Assembly (NCBI GenBank): GCA_000004695.1
Contig: CM000150.2
Coordinates: forward strand, 1,440,001 to 1,504,000
Direction: 5' to 3'
Source of the DNA: Dictyostelium discoideum
Lineage: Eukaryota
DNA: 64,000 nt
In this document: piece by piece, positions 29,084-43,870 of the stretch
Numbering within the stretch: the first letter of the stretch is position 1
Layout of the letters: every line of letters begins with the position of its first letter
Notes under the pieces: generated by a model
The model's database searches: none
What the model was told of the DNA's origin: nothing
What the model saw: only the letters and a program-made list of their open reading frames with translations
Translations under genes and position numbers: made by a program

Positions 29084-32000
29084 TTATTTTGCATCATACC
29101 AAGTTTTAGCATATCTACAATCAACAACTAAATCAATTAATAAAGGAGTTGTTAAAGGATTACTCATTAAGTTCATCATGATTGAACGAGCTTCATCTGC
29201 ATGTTGTTCAGGACCTTCCAAGATGAGTTCATCATGAATTTGCATGATTAATTTGAAACCTAATTCTTTTAGACGTTTATTATCTTCAATGATGAGCATT
29301 GCTTTCATTACGATATCAGCTGCACCACCTTGAAGTGGGGTATTGATTGAAGCTCTTTCAGCATGACCTTTCATACCTTTGTTACCTTTTATATCGGGTA
29401 ATTGACGATATCTACCCATTAGAGTTCTAGTCCAACCATATTTATGAGCGGTTTCAATGGTTTTTCTTTGCCAAACTAAAACTTCTGGACGATCTTCATA
29501 CCAACGATTGAGGGTTTCTTTAGCCTCATTTAGGGTTACACCCCAATCTTGTGATAGACCATGAGCGGTTTTACCGTAGGCGATTGAGAAATTCAAAGTT
29601 TTAGCTTTACGTCTTTCAGAGGCATAAACATTTTTAAGGAGTGGTTTTGGTGGCTCACCCTCTCCATCCCATTCTAACAATACCTCTCCTCTATCGATTG
29701 CTTCTTTAACATGTGGATACATACCCATTGCGGTTCTACTATGAAAATCACCACCCACTTGGAATGCTGTTATCATACTTTTACAATTAGTTATGTGAGC
29801 TAGTAGACGTAACTCCAATTGACCGTAATCGGCCACGATCAATGTGTTGCCAGGTTCACATGTAAATGCTTTTCTAATTTTATAACGATCCTTTTCAAGT
29901 GCTGGTTGATTTTGAAGGTTTGGTTTCTTTGATGATAATCTACCAGTTTCTGTATTTACATTGATTGATGTATGAAGACGTGAATTTGAGTCGGCTAATT
30001 TCTGTAATGGTATTATAAATGTATTCAACAATGTACCGATACTACCAAGCTCTAACAAAGCATTGATCGCAATTGATGCTTCCCTACCCATTTGTTCACG
30101 TTCTTCAATTGGTAAATCTTTATAACATTCATTTTTGGATTTCACAAAGAAATCATAAGCTGAGCCGTACTTCCCATCGATTGGATTTTTACCTGCCAAT
30201 TCTCTAAGTGACGATGAATCCACCGATGGCCAGCCATTTGTAGTTAAAGACTTAGATTCCATGCCAATACCTCTTAAATAAAATGTTTTCTTTTTCTTTG
30301 GTTTAGTTTTACCAACTTCAATTGTACCATCTAAATTATCACATTCGAAATCTTTTTCCAATGGTAAAGATTCTTTGGTTTTCTTATTTTGAACGGGTGC
30401 GAAAAAGAGTTGTTGAATTTGAGCATCACTAACTGGATTCATATTTTCAGCATCTGGTGAATGGGTTTTTGCCCAATTTAAAAACACCTTTCTATTCTCC
30501 TCCATGTCGGTATAGGCTTTCTCTTCCAAAGATTTCAAATAGTCAATATCCACTTTTAGCCCTCTTTGCTCCATTTCAGTCAATAGATGTCCAAATGGTC
30601 TCCACATTAGGTAGTAGAAATCCCACATTGTAGTACCTTGATTCCATTCCATGTCTCTCAACTTGATATGAATATTTTCACGAAGTAGCCAAGTCAATTC
30701 AGAATCCAATGATGAATATTCTATCCAATTCAATATGAATTTGCTATCACGTTGAATTCTTTCCAATGGTGGTATAACTATGGATTTACCTTCTTCGCCA
30801 TCAGCTTTAATTTTCCTTGTACCAAATAAATCCTTAATTGGAACCTTTGGTTTATTTAATAATTCCTTACTTAGGGCCTCCAATGAATAGCCGCCAGAAT
30901 TCATTCTAGAAGCATTCCACAATCTTGCCATATGTAATGTATCACCACCGAAGCCTTTGACGTTGATACCATGGTTATAGAAAATATGTCTATCGAATGC
31001 ATAATTATGCCAAACTTTTAATATTGACTCATCTTCAAAGTATTCTTTAAAAACTTGTAAAATCTCATCACCCTCAATATCATCCATAACATCAACCCAT
31101 ACTCTCGAATTACCATCATGAAACTTAACTTGTGGTCCACAATAAATACTAAAACAAATCATTTTACCATGTCCAATTGGTGAGAATTTCTTTAAATCAA
31201 TATCAATAACCTCTGTATCACATGCATGAAATCTATCTTTTTGTTTCATTAAAATCGATACTACCATTCTTGCTGTTTCAACATCTCTAACCATTGTTAC
31301 ATTCTTTGGTTTTAATTGATTAATTTCTTCATTTGAAATTTCATCAAATTTAATATTTTCATCATCAATATAATTAAATTCAACTTTTGAATAATTTTTT
31401 TTAATTGTTTCTAAATTTGTTGTTGATGTTGATGTTGTTATTTCTTGATTATCACTAAAAAGTTTATTTAATTTTTCAACTGAACTTTTAATTGAGGTAA
31501 AATTATATTTATCTAAAAAATTATAAAACTAAAAATAAATATTAATATTAACCATTTTTTTCATATGTGTGTTTTTTTTTAAAAAATTAATTAACTTACT
31601 TTTGTTCTATCAATTGGTTTATATTTAATATCATCTAAATTTAAATTTATTGAAACATTATCATTTAATTTTGCTAATTGATAAGAAATTCTTAATTGAT
31701 CAATTGATGACCTAATTGGTTCAATGAATTTTTGAGGTAATTGATCAATATTTTCAATGATTGAATTTAGGTTACCAAATTTCTTTATGATATCAGTTGC
31801 AGTTTTTTCACCAATTCTTGGTATACCTGGGATGTTATCAACTTTATCACCAATTAAACTTTGAAAAGTTACAAATTTATTTGGTTCAAACCCAAATTTA
31901 TCAATGACACCTTGTTTATCTACCATTGATCCTCTTCTAGTACTGTAGACACTTACATTATCATTAACCAATTGATAAATATCTTTATCATCGGTCACTA

Positions 32001-32613
32001 TTGTAACTTGTGACCCATTGAATCTATTACTCTCTGGATGCGTTGGATCATACTGGTCATTGCCCTCAATGAATTTGTTGCCTTCTTGAGTGGCAAGTTT
32101 TGAATAGGTTGCTAATAAATCATCACATTCATAACCATCGACTTTTGTGAATGCAACATTTATTGAATCTGTGACTTCGGGTATTAGTAAAAGTTGTTGT
32201 AATAATTCTGGTGGTGTTGGTGGTCTATTGGATTTATATTCTGGATATAAATCACGTCTAAAACTACTTCCACCTTTTGGATCAAAACAAACCACTATAC
32301 TATCAATTGGTTTCAATTCATCAATAACCTTTAACATTGATCTCATAAATCCATATAAAACATTAACATTCATACCTTCATTAGTTAATGATGGTGTCGT
32401 TGCATTTGCCTTATATGCCATTAATGTACCATCAATTAATACAGTATGTTTTTTTCTTTTTTCAATTTTAATATCTTTTATTGTTGTCATTGTTGTTGTC
32501 ATTGTTGTTGAAGTTGTAGTAGTAGTATCACCTATTATTGGTACATTATTATTATTTACATTATTTTCAATATTATTTAATATTGAATCTTTTTTATTAT
32601 TTACATTTATTGT

Positions 32614-32648
<35 letters not shown>

Positions 32649-33273
32649 TTATTTGATTAACTATATTTTCAAAATTCATTTGTTCAATTGAGTGACGATG
32701 ATGATGATTATTAGTATTAAAAGTATCTTGACCATAATTATAACTATTAAATTGAAAGTCAGTATCTATTATAGGAGAATCTACAATTTGTGGATGTTGT
32801 TGAAATGGCATTTGGTAATCATTTAAAACGAATGATGATGGTATTTGTTGAATAGTTTTCTTTATTACATTAGTTGGCTTTTTAAAATAAATCTTTTCAC
32901 CATTTGATAATGATAAATATGGAACATTGGATTTAATTTTAATTTTCATTTTTTTAGTTTTCGGTATTTCTTTTTTGATAATATTTATGCCATCATTTTT
33001 TATATCATTTTTTATATCATCACTATTATTATTATTATTACTATTATTACTATTGTTATTATTATTATTACTATTATTACTATTATTACTATTATTATTA
33101 TCTAATTGGTTGGTTATTGGATTTATTATTATATTATCATTAGTAAAATATTTATTATTATAATTATTATAATTATTAGAAAATGAATTTATGAAAAAAT
33201 TTGTAATTAAAGGTGTTTTTAAATTATTTAGATTTTTTTTATATTGTTTTGATATCGTTATCATTTTTAACAA
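29084..33273 (-). CDS. DNA polymerase I-like (family A) with intact 5'-3' exonuclease, 3'-5' exonuclease and polymerase domains; probably organellar; 2 exons: 33273-31600, 31528-29084 (about 1372 aa)
   Basis: ORF 31591..33273 holds the Pol I 5' nuclease domain (VLIDGTLMAYKANA; CFDPKGGSSFRRDLYPEYKSNRPPTPPEL, compare E. coli [27 protein letters not shown]; helix-hairpin-helix IPGIPRIGEKTA). It ends at a GTAAGT donor (AAA|GTAAGT at 31599). A 71-nt intron then joins in phase 0 to TTTAG|TTTTAT at 31528. ORF 29084..31294 extends upstream to that acceptor and carries 3'-5' exo motifs (ACDTEVIDID) plus polymerase motifs A (DYGQLELRLLAH), B (RRKAKTLNFSIAYG) and C (QIHDELILE). Confidence 0.85.
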
Positions 33274-33866
33274 TTTAATAATCTAATTTATTTTTATTTT
33301 TTTTTTTTTTTTTTTTTTTTATTTTTTGGAAATAAATTAAAATAATGAAAAAAAAAAAAAAAAAAAATTTTGAAAAAAACGAATTGAACAAATCTAATAT
33401 TAAAATTAATTTTAATTTTAATTTTTATTTTTTTTTTGGGAATTGATTTAATTTGGGGTGGTTGTGAAATTAAATTTATTTAAAGATTTGGATTTAGTTC
33501 AAGCTCTAAATAATTTAAACTATGAAATCCATACATTAGATGAGAAACCGTGAAAATAATAAAAATAAACATAAAAATAAAAAAAAATAAAATATAATAA
33601 AAATAGTAATAATAATAATAATAATTTTAAATCAAATATTAAATTTATTTTTTATTTTTTTTTATTTTTTTTTTTTTCCAAATATTTTAATCATTATCTG
33701 TTTAATTCACAAACAAAACTTTTTTTTTTTTTTTTTTTTTTTATTTTTTTTTTTTTTTTCATCAAAAAATTTTCACAAAAACGACTTTTTTTTATTTTTT
33801 TTATTTTTTTTTTATTTTTTTTTCATATTACACATATCTGCATATTTATACCTATATATACATAAA

Positions 33867-34392
33867 ATGACTAAAAACGTAATTGGTTCAATAACAAAGA
33901 ATTTAGAAACAGTATTTGGAACTTTAGCAAAAAGAAAGAGTAAAGGTGAAAATTTATTAGATGTTTGTTTTTCATTACCAAGTAGAGGTGTTGGAAATAA
34001 ATTTGCTAAAATGGGTTGGACTGAAAAAGATACATATTGGACCGTAACAAAAACAAAATTTAATAGTATTACTGTATGTCATTATTTTTTTTATTTTTTA
34101 TTTTTATTTTTATTGTACTTTTTATTTAACACATTCAAAAAAAAAAAAAAATAAAAAAAATAAAAAATAAAAAATATATTAGTGTACAAATTCATCATTA
34201 AAAGGTCAAGCATATGGTATTTTAACATGGGGTGGTAAAACAGATACAAAAGAAAGAAAAATTGATGATGCTTTTTCAAAAGATTGGACAATTTACCCAG
34301 CTATTAAATTTCCAGCTGCAGCTGAACCAGTTGTTGAAACTGTTATAACTGAAGAAAATCCTCAAACTGAAGAACAACAACAACAAAACTAA
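33867..34392 (+). CDS. Small hypothetical protein (about 138 aa); 2 exons: 33867-34073, 34183-34392
   Basis: The ORF 33867.. ends at ACT|GTATGT. A poly-A/T intron leads to TATTAG|TGT, giving the in-phase continuation CTNSSLKGQAYGILTWGGKTDTKERKIDDAFSKDWTIYPAIKFPAAAEPVVETVITEENPQTEEQQQQN. No family was recognised. Confidence 0.4.
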
Positions 34393-34441
34393 AATAACAC
34401 TAATAATAACAATATCAACAACAATAATAATAATAATAACA

Positions 34442-34475
<34 letters not shown>

Positions 34476-34649
34476 CAACAACAAACATCAACATTTAGCT
34501 TATATATAACTTTTTTTTTTTTTTTTTTGGGTGAACTTTTTTTTTTATTCAATCATTCTTCCTTCTTGTCAAATAAATCAACTTTCCATTATTCATCAAC
34601 CAATTAAAAAAAAAAAAAAAAACAAAACAAAACAAAACAAAACAAAGAA

Positions 34650-34729
34650 TATAAATAATTACAACAATAAACGCAACTAAATTATAGGGATTAAAGAAAT
34701 TAATAATTGGATAAAGTTTATACTTTAAT

Positions 34730-34773
<44 letters not shown>

Positions 34774-34896
34774 ATGACAGTCACCACTTGGATTTACAAT
34801 AGCTATTATTAATACAACTCGTTTGTTTGAGTTGGAATTTAAGATTTGAGACTTGAGATATCCTGTACTTTAATATAAGTTTTGTACTTTAGCGAG

Positions 34897-34943
<47 letters not shown>

Positions 34944-35160
34944 ATACCAATAATAACAGCAAAATGAATAAATGCAACTATAATATAGGATAAGAAATTG
35001 GATAGAGTTTATACCTTAATTAATTATTGATTTTTTTTTTTTTTTTTCCAAACTGGGTTTAATAACGCCATGTGAGAGCTATTATTATTATTTCTAATGG
35101 AAAGCAGTAATTACATTAGTTTGTTTGAGTTGAGATTGGAGATGGAATCATATGCAATAA
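34650..35160. repeat. Diverged tandem duplication of a roughly 250-bp non-coding unit (two copies, about 70% identity)
   Basis: Copy 1 is about 34655-34900 and copy 2 about 34955-35165. The shared blocks are ...aaa(c/t)gcaacta(a/t)a(t/a)tatagg(a/g)t(t/a)a(a/g)a(a)att..gata(a/g)agtttata(c)tttaatta.., a poly-T tract, ..gagctattatta.., and ..agtttgtttgagttg(g/a)a(a/g)tt..agat.. followed by a poly-A tract. Confidence 0.6.
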
Positions 35161-35253
35161 TCCAAAAAAAAAAAATAAAAGATAAAAAATTAAAAATTAA
35201 AAAATTAAAAACTAATACACTATATATATATTAAACTATTATTATTTTATTTT

Positions 35254-38148
<2,895 letters not shown>

Positions 38149-38643
38149 TTTTATCTATCTACATGTGTGTGTTATCTTTTATTACATAATAAAATAAAAA
38201 AATGATGTGAAAAGAAAAAATAAAAAAAAAAAAAAAAAACTAAAATAAAATAAAATGAAATCTGAAAATAAAAAAAAAAAAATAAAAAGGTTATAAATTA
38301 AACGAATTTTTAAAAAAAAAAAAAAATAAAAAAAAAAATTAAAAAATTGCATCATGATTAAAATAAGTTTTTTTTTTTTGTTTTTTTAACACAATCCCAA
38401 ATGTTTTGAAAATGTTGTAATTGAAAATTTTTATATAGGAAAAAGTAAAAAAAATCATTACCAGAGTGTTAATTTTTAATCATTTTTTTATTTTTTTTTT
38501 GGCTGACTACCGCCATTTTTTTTTTTTTTCTCTACTCAAAATTATAAAATTTATTATTAATTTATATTTTTTAAAAATAAAATACAACCAAAATATAATT
38601 ATAAATTTATATTTTATTTTTTTTCTTTAAATTTAAATAAAAA

Positions 38644-38855
38644 AGGGGGTGAGGCGCACTCTCGTAAATCTCTGAAGTTGTGCAATACAGAGCGAATGCG
38701 TAGAGGTCGAATGATGCAAGCACCAAACATATGACCTCACCTCGAAGAAAAATAAGTTTAATCGAATATGCACATCAACGTGTGATGGCAGAAAGAGATT
38801 AAGCTTTTTAGAACAGATACTACACATGATCAAAGCGAGACGCTTCAAGAAGGTA
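38644..38855 (-). ncRNA. U2 spliceosomal snRNA gene (copy A, minus strand)
   Basis: The reverse complement reads ...GCUUUGAUCAUGUGUAGUAUCUGUUCU..., matching the universally conserved U2 5' region including the branch-point-binding GUAGUA. An Sm-site-like AUUUUUC is present. The 3' end GCAUUCGCUCUGUAUUGCACAACUUCAGAGAUUUACGAGAGUGCGCCUCACCCCC resembles the human U2 3' stem-loops. A T-run follows. GC content is far above the surroundings. Confidence 0.85.
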
Positions 38856-38907
38856 CCTTTTCAAAATGAAAAAACTACTCTTTTGTATTTAAATATATAA
38901 TTTTTTA

Positions 38908-38916
38908 TTTATGGGT
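38908..38916 (-). promoter_or_regulatory. DUSE (Dictyostelium upstream sequence element) ACCCATAAA upstream of U2 copy A
   Basis: The reverse complement of tttatgggt is ACCCATAAA. It matches the [A/T]CCCA[C/T]AA consensus and lies about 55-60 nt upstream of the inferred U2 5' end. Confidence 0.6.
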
Positions 38917-38957
38917 TTTTTTCTTTTCGTGAAAATAGTGAAGTTAAAAATTTATGA

Positions 38958-38999
<42 letters not shown>

Positions 39000-39133
39000 T
39001 AAAATATTTTTAGAAAATTTTCTTAACTCAAATCATGGTGTTATTAATAATATTAAATGATGTATAAAAAAAAACTTTATTTTTATTTTTATTTTGAATA
39101 TTGTTTTTTTTTTTTTTTCAAGAATTCATGAGG

Positions 39134-39142
39134 ACCCATAAA
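39134..39142 (+). promoter_or_regulatory. DUSE ACCCATAAA upstream of U2 copy B
   Basis: The sequence gaggACCCATAAAaat lies about 55-60 nt upstream of the copy B 5' end, mirror-symmetric to the copy A element. Confidence 0.6.
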
Positions 39143-39195
39143 AATAAAAAGTTAATACTTTTAAATAAAAAAAGAAATAATTTCATTTTGAAAAG

Positions 39196-39407
39196 GTACC
39201 TTCTTGAAGCGTCTCGCTTTGATCATGTGTAGTATCTGTTCTAGAAAGCTTAATCTCTTTCTGCCATCACACGTTGATGTGCATATTCGATTAAACTTAT
39301 TTTTCTTCGAGGTGAGGTCATATGTTTGGTGCTTGCATCATTCGACCTCTACGCATTCGCTCTGTATTGCACAACTTCAGAGATTTACGAGAGTGCGCCT
39401 CACCCCC
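39196..39407 (+). ncRNA. U2 spliceosomal snRNA gene (copy B, plus strand)
   Basis: An exact inverted copy of copy A (arms 38641-38870 and 39181-39412 are reverse complements). Same conserved U2 features. The two genes are divergently oriented around a spacer of about 310 bp. Confidence 0.85.
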
Positions 39408-39678
39408 TTTTTTTATTTAAATTTAAAGAAAAAAAAAAAAAAGTAATAATTTAATAACAAAATTTAAGAAATAAAATTAAATAAAAAATTAAATTTATTT
39501 ATTTATTTATTTATACATGAATAATAAAAATAAGAAAGGGAGATAAGAACCTGTTTTATTTATTTTTTATTTTTATTTTTTTTTTTTATTTTTTTTTTTA
39601 TTTAATCAATGTAAATGGATATATTGACTAGAGTCATCGTTTTAATTTATAATTTAATATTTATTATTATTTTTAATT

Positions 39679-40043
39679 TTATAAAAGCATTTTATTTGCA
39701 CACCAAATTCTTTGTAAAATATCATTTTGTACATCATTTAAAGAACTCCAAAGTTCTCTTTGAATTGCAGGTAAACCATTAACTTCTTTTCTTTCACAAG
39801 CGATTAATAGGTTGTTTAAGATTGCGATAGTTTCTTCAGACAATTCAGAACCTGCACTATATTGAGAATGTTGTTCATTTATATCATTTACTAATTTACT
39901 AAGTTGTGCTTGTGATTTTGAAAAACTATCTTGTAAAATATATAATAAAAATAATGATACACGTGTTTCAATTAAAATAAATGGATATAATGACATACTA
40001 ACTGATGATGGTAATATTGTATTATTATTTATATTATTATTTA

Positions 40044-40080
<37 letters not shown>

Positions 40081-40888
40081 GTTATTAATATCATTAAAAA
40101 AATTATTATGATTACTATTATTATTAATTTGATCAAAACTACTATTAGTTGTTGTATTTAGTAATGATAATTGATTCATTCTAGATTCTAATGGTTGTGT
40201 TGTTTCACCTGCAATATTTACAATTAAATCTAAATAATCACAAGCACCCTTATAATCCCATTCCATAATTTTACAATATGCTGCTTCTTTTAATGAGTTG
40301 ATTGCACTTATTGGACTTTCTGTCCTTTGAATTTCTGCTGCCTTTTGAAAATATTCTGCACCTTCTTCTAATTTATTTAATCTTTTTAATATTGATGCCA
40401 TTTCAAAATATAATGTACCCATTATACTAAATCTTTTATAATTTTGATAAATCTTTTTTTTTATAAAAGTAAATAAAAAAAATAAAAAAATTAATATTAA
40501 TAAATATATATATATATAATAATGATGTTTTTTTTTTTTTAAAATTTACTTTTATAGCTAATAAATAACAATTAATTGCTTCAGGTATATTCTCTTCAAA
40601 TGATATTATTTCAGATTCATTTGTTGAAATTTCATTTTCCCATATTAAATAACCAGCATCAATATAACATGAGGCTTCTGCTGATGATGAAGCTTTAATT
40701 GCTTGTTCACATCTACCAATTGATAGACAACAAAATGCTGCATATATATTATTACCTTCACGTTTAAATGAATTCATTACTTGTGTATATTGATCAACTG
40801 CTTCTGAATAATTTGGTTTCCTCATTGGAAACTTTTTTTTTTTTAATTTTTGTGATATTAATTTATAAGAATCTATTAAATGACTCAT
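39679..40888 (-). CDS. Soluble NSF-attachment protein (SNAP)-like TPR protein, probably gamma-SNAP-like, with poly-Asn insertion; 2 exons: 40888-40550, 40452-39679
   Basis: Exon 1 (EASCYIDAGYLIWE...EAINCYLLAIK) parallels alpha-SNAP (DAATCFVDAGNAF...EAINCLMRAIEIY). Donor AAA|GTAAAT at 40549 and acceptor ...AAAAAG|ATTTAT at 40452 are in phase 0, continuing IYQNYKRFSIMGTLYFEMASILKRLNKLEEGAEYFQKAAEI (TPR-like A..Y.KAA). The acceptor is unusually A-rich, so the junction is less certain. Confidence 0.55.
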
Positions 40889-41291
40889 TCTTATTTATTA
40901 TTTATTATTATTATATTATTATATTATTATATTTTAAAATTGGGAGGGGGTGAAAAGGGAATGTTGATTTGAAAAAAAAAAAAAAAAAAAAAAATTTGAA
41001 AAAAAAAAAAAAAAAGGAAAAAAAAAGAAAAAAAAAAATAATATTGTTGTCTGGTTATATATAACCATATAATTTTTTAAAGAAAAAGATTTTATAAATA
41101 ATAAAAAAAAAAAAAAAAAATAGATTATTTCAGTTTACCCAATTTTTTAATATTTTTAATAAAAATTCTATTTATTTTTATTATTATATTTTTTTTTAAA
41201 AAAAGAAATCAGGGTTTTTTATTTTTTTTTATCTTCACAATTTTTTAAATTAATAAAAACAAAAAAATAAAAATAAAAATAAAAATTTTTT

Positions 41292-41344
<53 letters not shown>

Positions 41345-41368
41345 CATTTAAAAAATAATAAATAAAGA

Positions 41369-43750
41369 ATGAATTTTAAAATTATATATTTTATAATTTT
41401 ATCAATAATAGTTTCATATTTTTCAAAGATTGGTATTGATTATTATTTTAGTAGTGATGAAATTAAAGAGAGATATTCATTATTTGAATATGTTGTAAAT
41501 GATCAAATAATAAAATTTGGTAGTAATAGAGATAGAGATCTTTTTGATAGATCACATTATAATGAAGAAGTATTTTATAATATAAAGATATCAAAAGAAG
41601 TTCAAGATGCACTTAGATATGGTAAACCAATCGTATCATTAGAGTCTACAATTATTTCACATGGTATGCCATTCCCACAGAATTATGAAACTGCATTGGA
41701 GGTTGAATCAATCGTTAGATCATATGGTGTTATTCCAGCAACTATTGCAATTTTAAATGGTACAATTCATATTGGATTAACCGAGAAAGAGATTCACTAT
41801 TTAGCAACGGTTGGTAAGGATGCAATTAAAACGTCACGTCGTGACATTGCCATGGTGACATCGATGGGTAAGACAGGATCTACCACGGTTTCAGCAACTA
41901 TTTTATTCTCAAATTTAGTGGGTATCAAAGTGTTTGTCACTGGTGGATTGGGTGGTGTTCATAGGGGTGCCGAAACAAGTTTAGATGTGAGTGCAGATTT
42001 AACAGAGTTGGGTAAGAATGGTGTTATGGTAGTTTCAGCAGGTGTAAAGAGTATATTGGATATTGGAAAGACTTTGGAATATTTAGAGACTCAAGGTGTT
42101 ACAGTGGTGACTTTTGGTTCTGATGAATTCCCAGCATTCTTTACAAAACATTCAGGTGTAAAGACACCAAATCGTTTGGATACCGTTGACCAATGTGCAA
42201 AACTTCTCTACTCAAATCAGTTACTTCAATTAAAGAGTGGCATGGTCGTTGCCGTGCCACCACGTGATAATGAACATTCTGAGCTCATTGACCGTGCAAT
42301 CAAAGAATCAATTGAACAATCAAAAGTAGATGGTATTTTGGGTAAAGATATTACACCCTATCTCTTAAAGAAAGTAAATGAAAAAACTGGTGGTAAATCA
42401 TTAGAATCAAATATTGAATTGGTTAAAAACAATGCTAGAATTGGTTCACAAATTTCTAAACATTATTATAATTTATTAAAAAATAAACAATCACCAACTA
42501 GTAGCACTACTACCATTAAAGGTGATGAATTAGTTTTCAACTATTTTGACCAACGAGTAAATACTTTTCTTAGAAATTATTTTAAAACATTATCAGCAGA
42601 GACTTTGTTATTAAATGGTCCAAATAAATTAAAAGGTTTAAATGGACCAAAACCAAATAAACAATTGGCTGATAATCATATTGAGTATGATATTGTGGTG
42701 GTTGGTGGTGCAGTGATCGATATGATTTCTCATCCATTTAAAGAGAGTGGTTTCCAAATGGAAACTTCAAATCCGGGTGCTATTTCAATTAAAATGGGTG
42801 GCGTTGGTCGTAATGTTGCAGAGGTATTATCAAGATTACAAATGAATTCATTGTTTATTAGTTTGGTTGGTGACGATGTTCACTCTGGTCTATTGATGGA
42901 ATCATTTCAAAAAATGAATTTATCATCCAATGGTGTTGGTATCAAGGTTGGTAGTAAAACTGCAATTTACAATGCAATTATGAATGATCGTGGTGATTTG
43001 GCAGTTGCAATAGCTCAAATGGATATTTTCGATGAGATTACACCTTCCTACATTTCAAAATTTGATTTAACCTCAAGTAAACTTTTAGTTTTCGATGGTA
43101 ATATTCCAATTGAATCAATGACTTATTTAGCTCAACTATCAAGATCAAAAGGTATTAAACTTTGGTTCGAACCAACAAGTGTCTATAAATCTTCAAAAAT
43201 CGTTGAATCATTCATTTTATCTTCAATTACCTATATTTCACCAAATAGAGATGAATTAATTAAAATTTCAAATGAAATTATTAAAAAAGGTTTAATTAAA
43301 TTTGAAAATATTATAAATAATGATATAAATGGTAATTAATTAAAATTTATTTATTTATTTAGATTTATTTATTATATATTTAATTTTTATTAATATTATT
43401 TATTTATTTATTTAGATTTAGAAAATATTAAAAAGCATAGTATAATTTTAATTGAATCTGGTATAAAATATATTATTACAAAGATGGGATCAAAAGGAGT
43501 ATTATTAGCTTATAAAAAAGATGATGGAGAATTTAAATTTGAATTATTTTCAGCACCAGAAGTACCAGATAACAAGATTGTAGATGTAACAGGTGCTGGT
43601 GATAGTTTAGTTGGTTGTACAATTTATTCAATATTACTTGGTCATAATTTAACAACTGCAATCCCCCAATATGGTACCCCTTGTGCAAAAGAAAGTTTAT
43701 TATCAACAAATCCAGTTTCACCAAATATTAAAATTTCTTTATTTAAATAA
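41369..43750 (+). CDS. Bifunctional pseudouridine-5'-phosphate glycosidase (PsuG/YeiN-like) + pseudouridine kinase (PsuK, pfkB family) fusion; 2 exons: 41369-43331, 43416-43750
   Basis: The N-terminal half matches the PsuG family (PIVSLESTIISHGMPFPQN, GGLGGVHRGAETSLDVSADLTEL). The C-terminal half is a pfkB carbohydrate kinase (VVGGAVIDM..., GGVGRNVAEVL, and the second-exon motif DVTGAGDS). Donor G|GTAATT and acceptor TTTAG|AT are in phase (G+AT = Asp). Confidence 0.8.
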
Positions 43751-43799
43751 ATATTTATTAAATTTTTTATTATTTTTTTCTTTAAAACATTTTTTAAAA

Positions 43800-43870
43800 A
43801 ACGTCTAATTGAACTTTACCATTTTTACCACCATAATATGATAAAGAAACACCACCATTGAATTTTTAGT
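43800..43870 (-). pseudogene. Short fragment of an MRH-domain paralog (remnant)
   Basis: The reverse complement encodes ...NGGVSLSYYGGKNGKVQLD..., a near-identical internal segment of the 45131..45859 gene, with no flanking ORF. Confidence 0.4.

Larger units (their letters stand above)
38641..39412. repeat. Inverted repeat (arms 38641-38870 and 39181-39412, about 230 bp each, near-identical) formed by the divergent U2 snRNA gene pair
   Basis: ORF-track proteins MKRLALIMCSICS.KLNLFLPSHVDVHIRLNLFFFEVRSYVWCLHHSTSTHSLCIAQLQRFTRVRLTPFF appear on both strands, and direct sequence comparison shows reverse-complementary arms. These 'ORFs' are spurious translations of the snRNA. Confidence 0.9.

Noticed and set aside
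31528-31560. Possible ATG at 31554-31552 (minus) with a 24-nt 'intron' as an alternative start of the polymerase gene
   Set aside because: Intron far too short. The upstream ORF 31591..33273 ends precisely at a GTAAGT donor and supplies the expected 5' nuclease domain in phase.
38633-39446. ORFs 38633..38848 (-) and 39204..39446 (+) encoding identical 71/80-aa 'proteins'
   Set aside because: The sequence is U2 snRNA. The identical peptides are an artefact of the inverted duplication.
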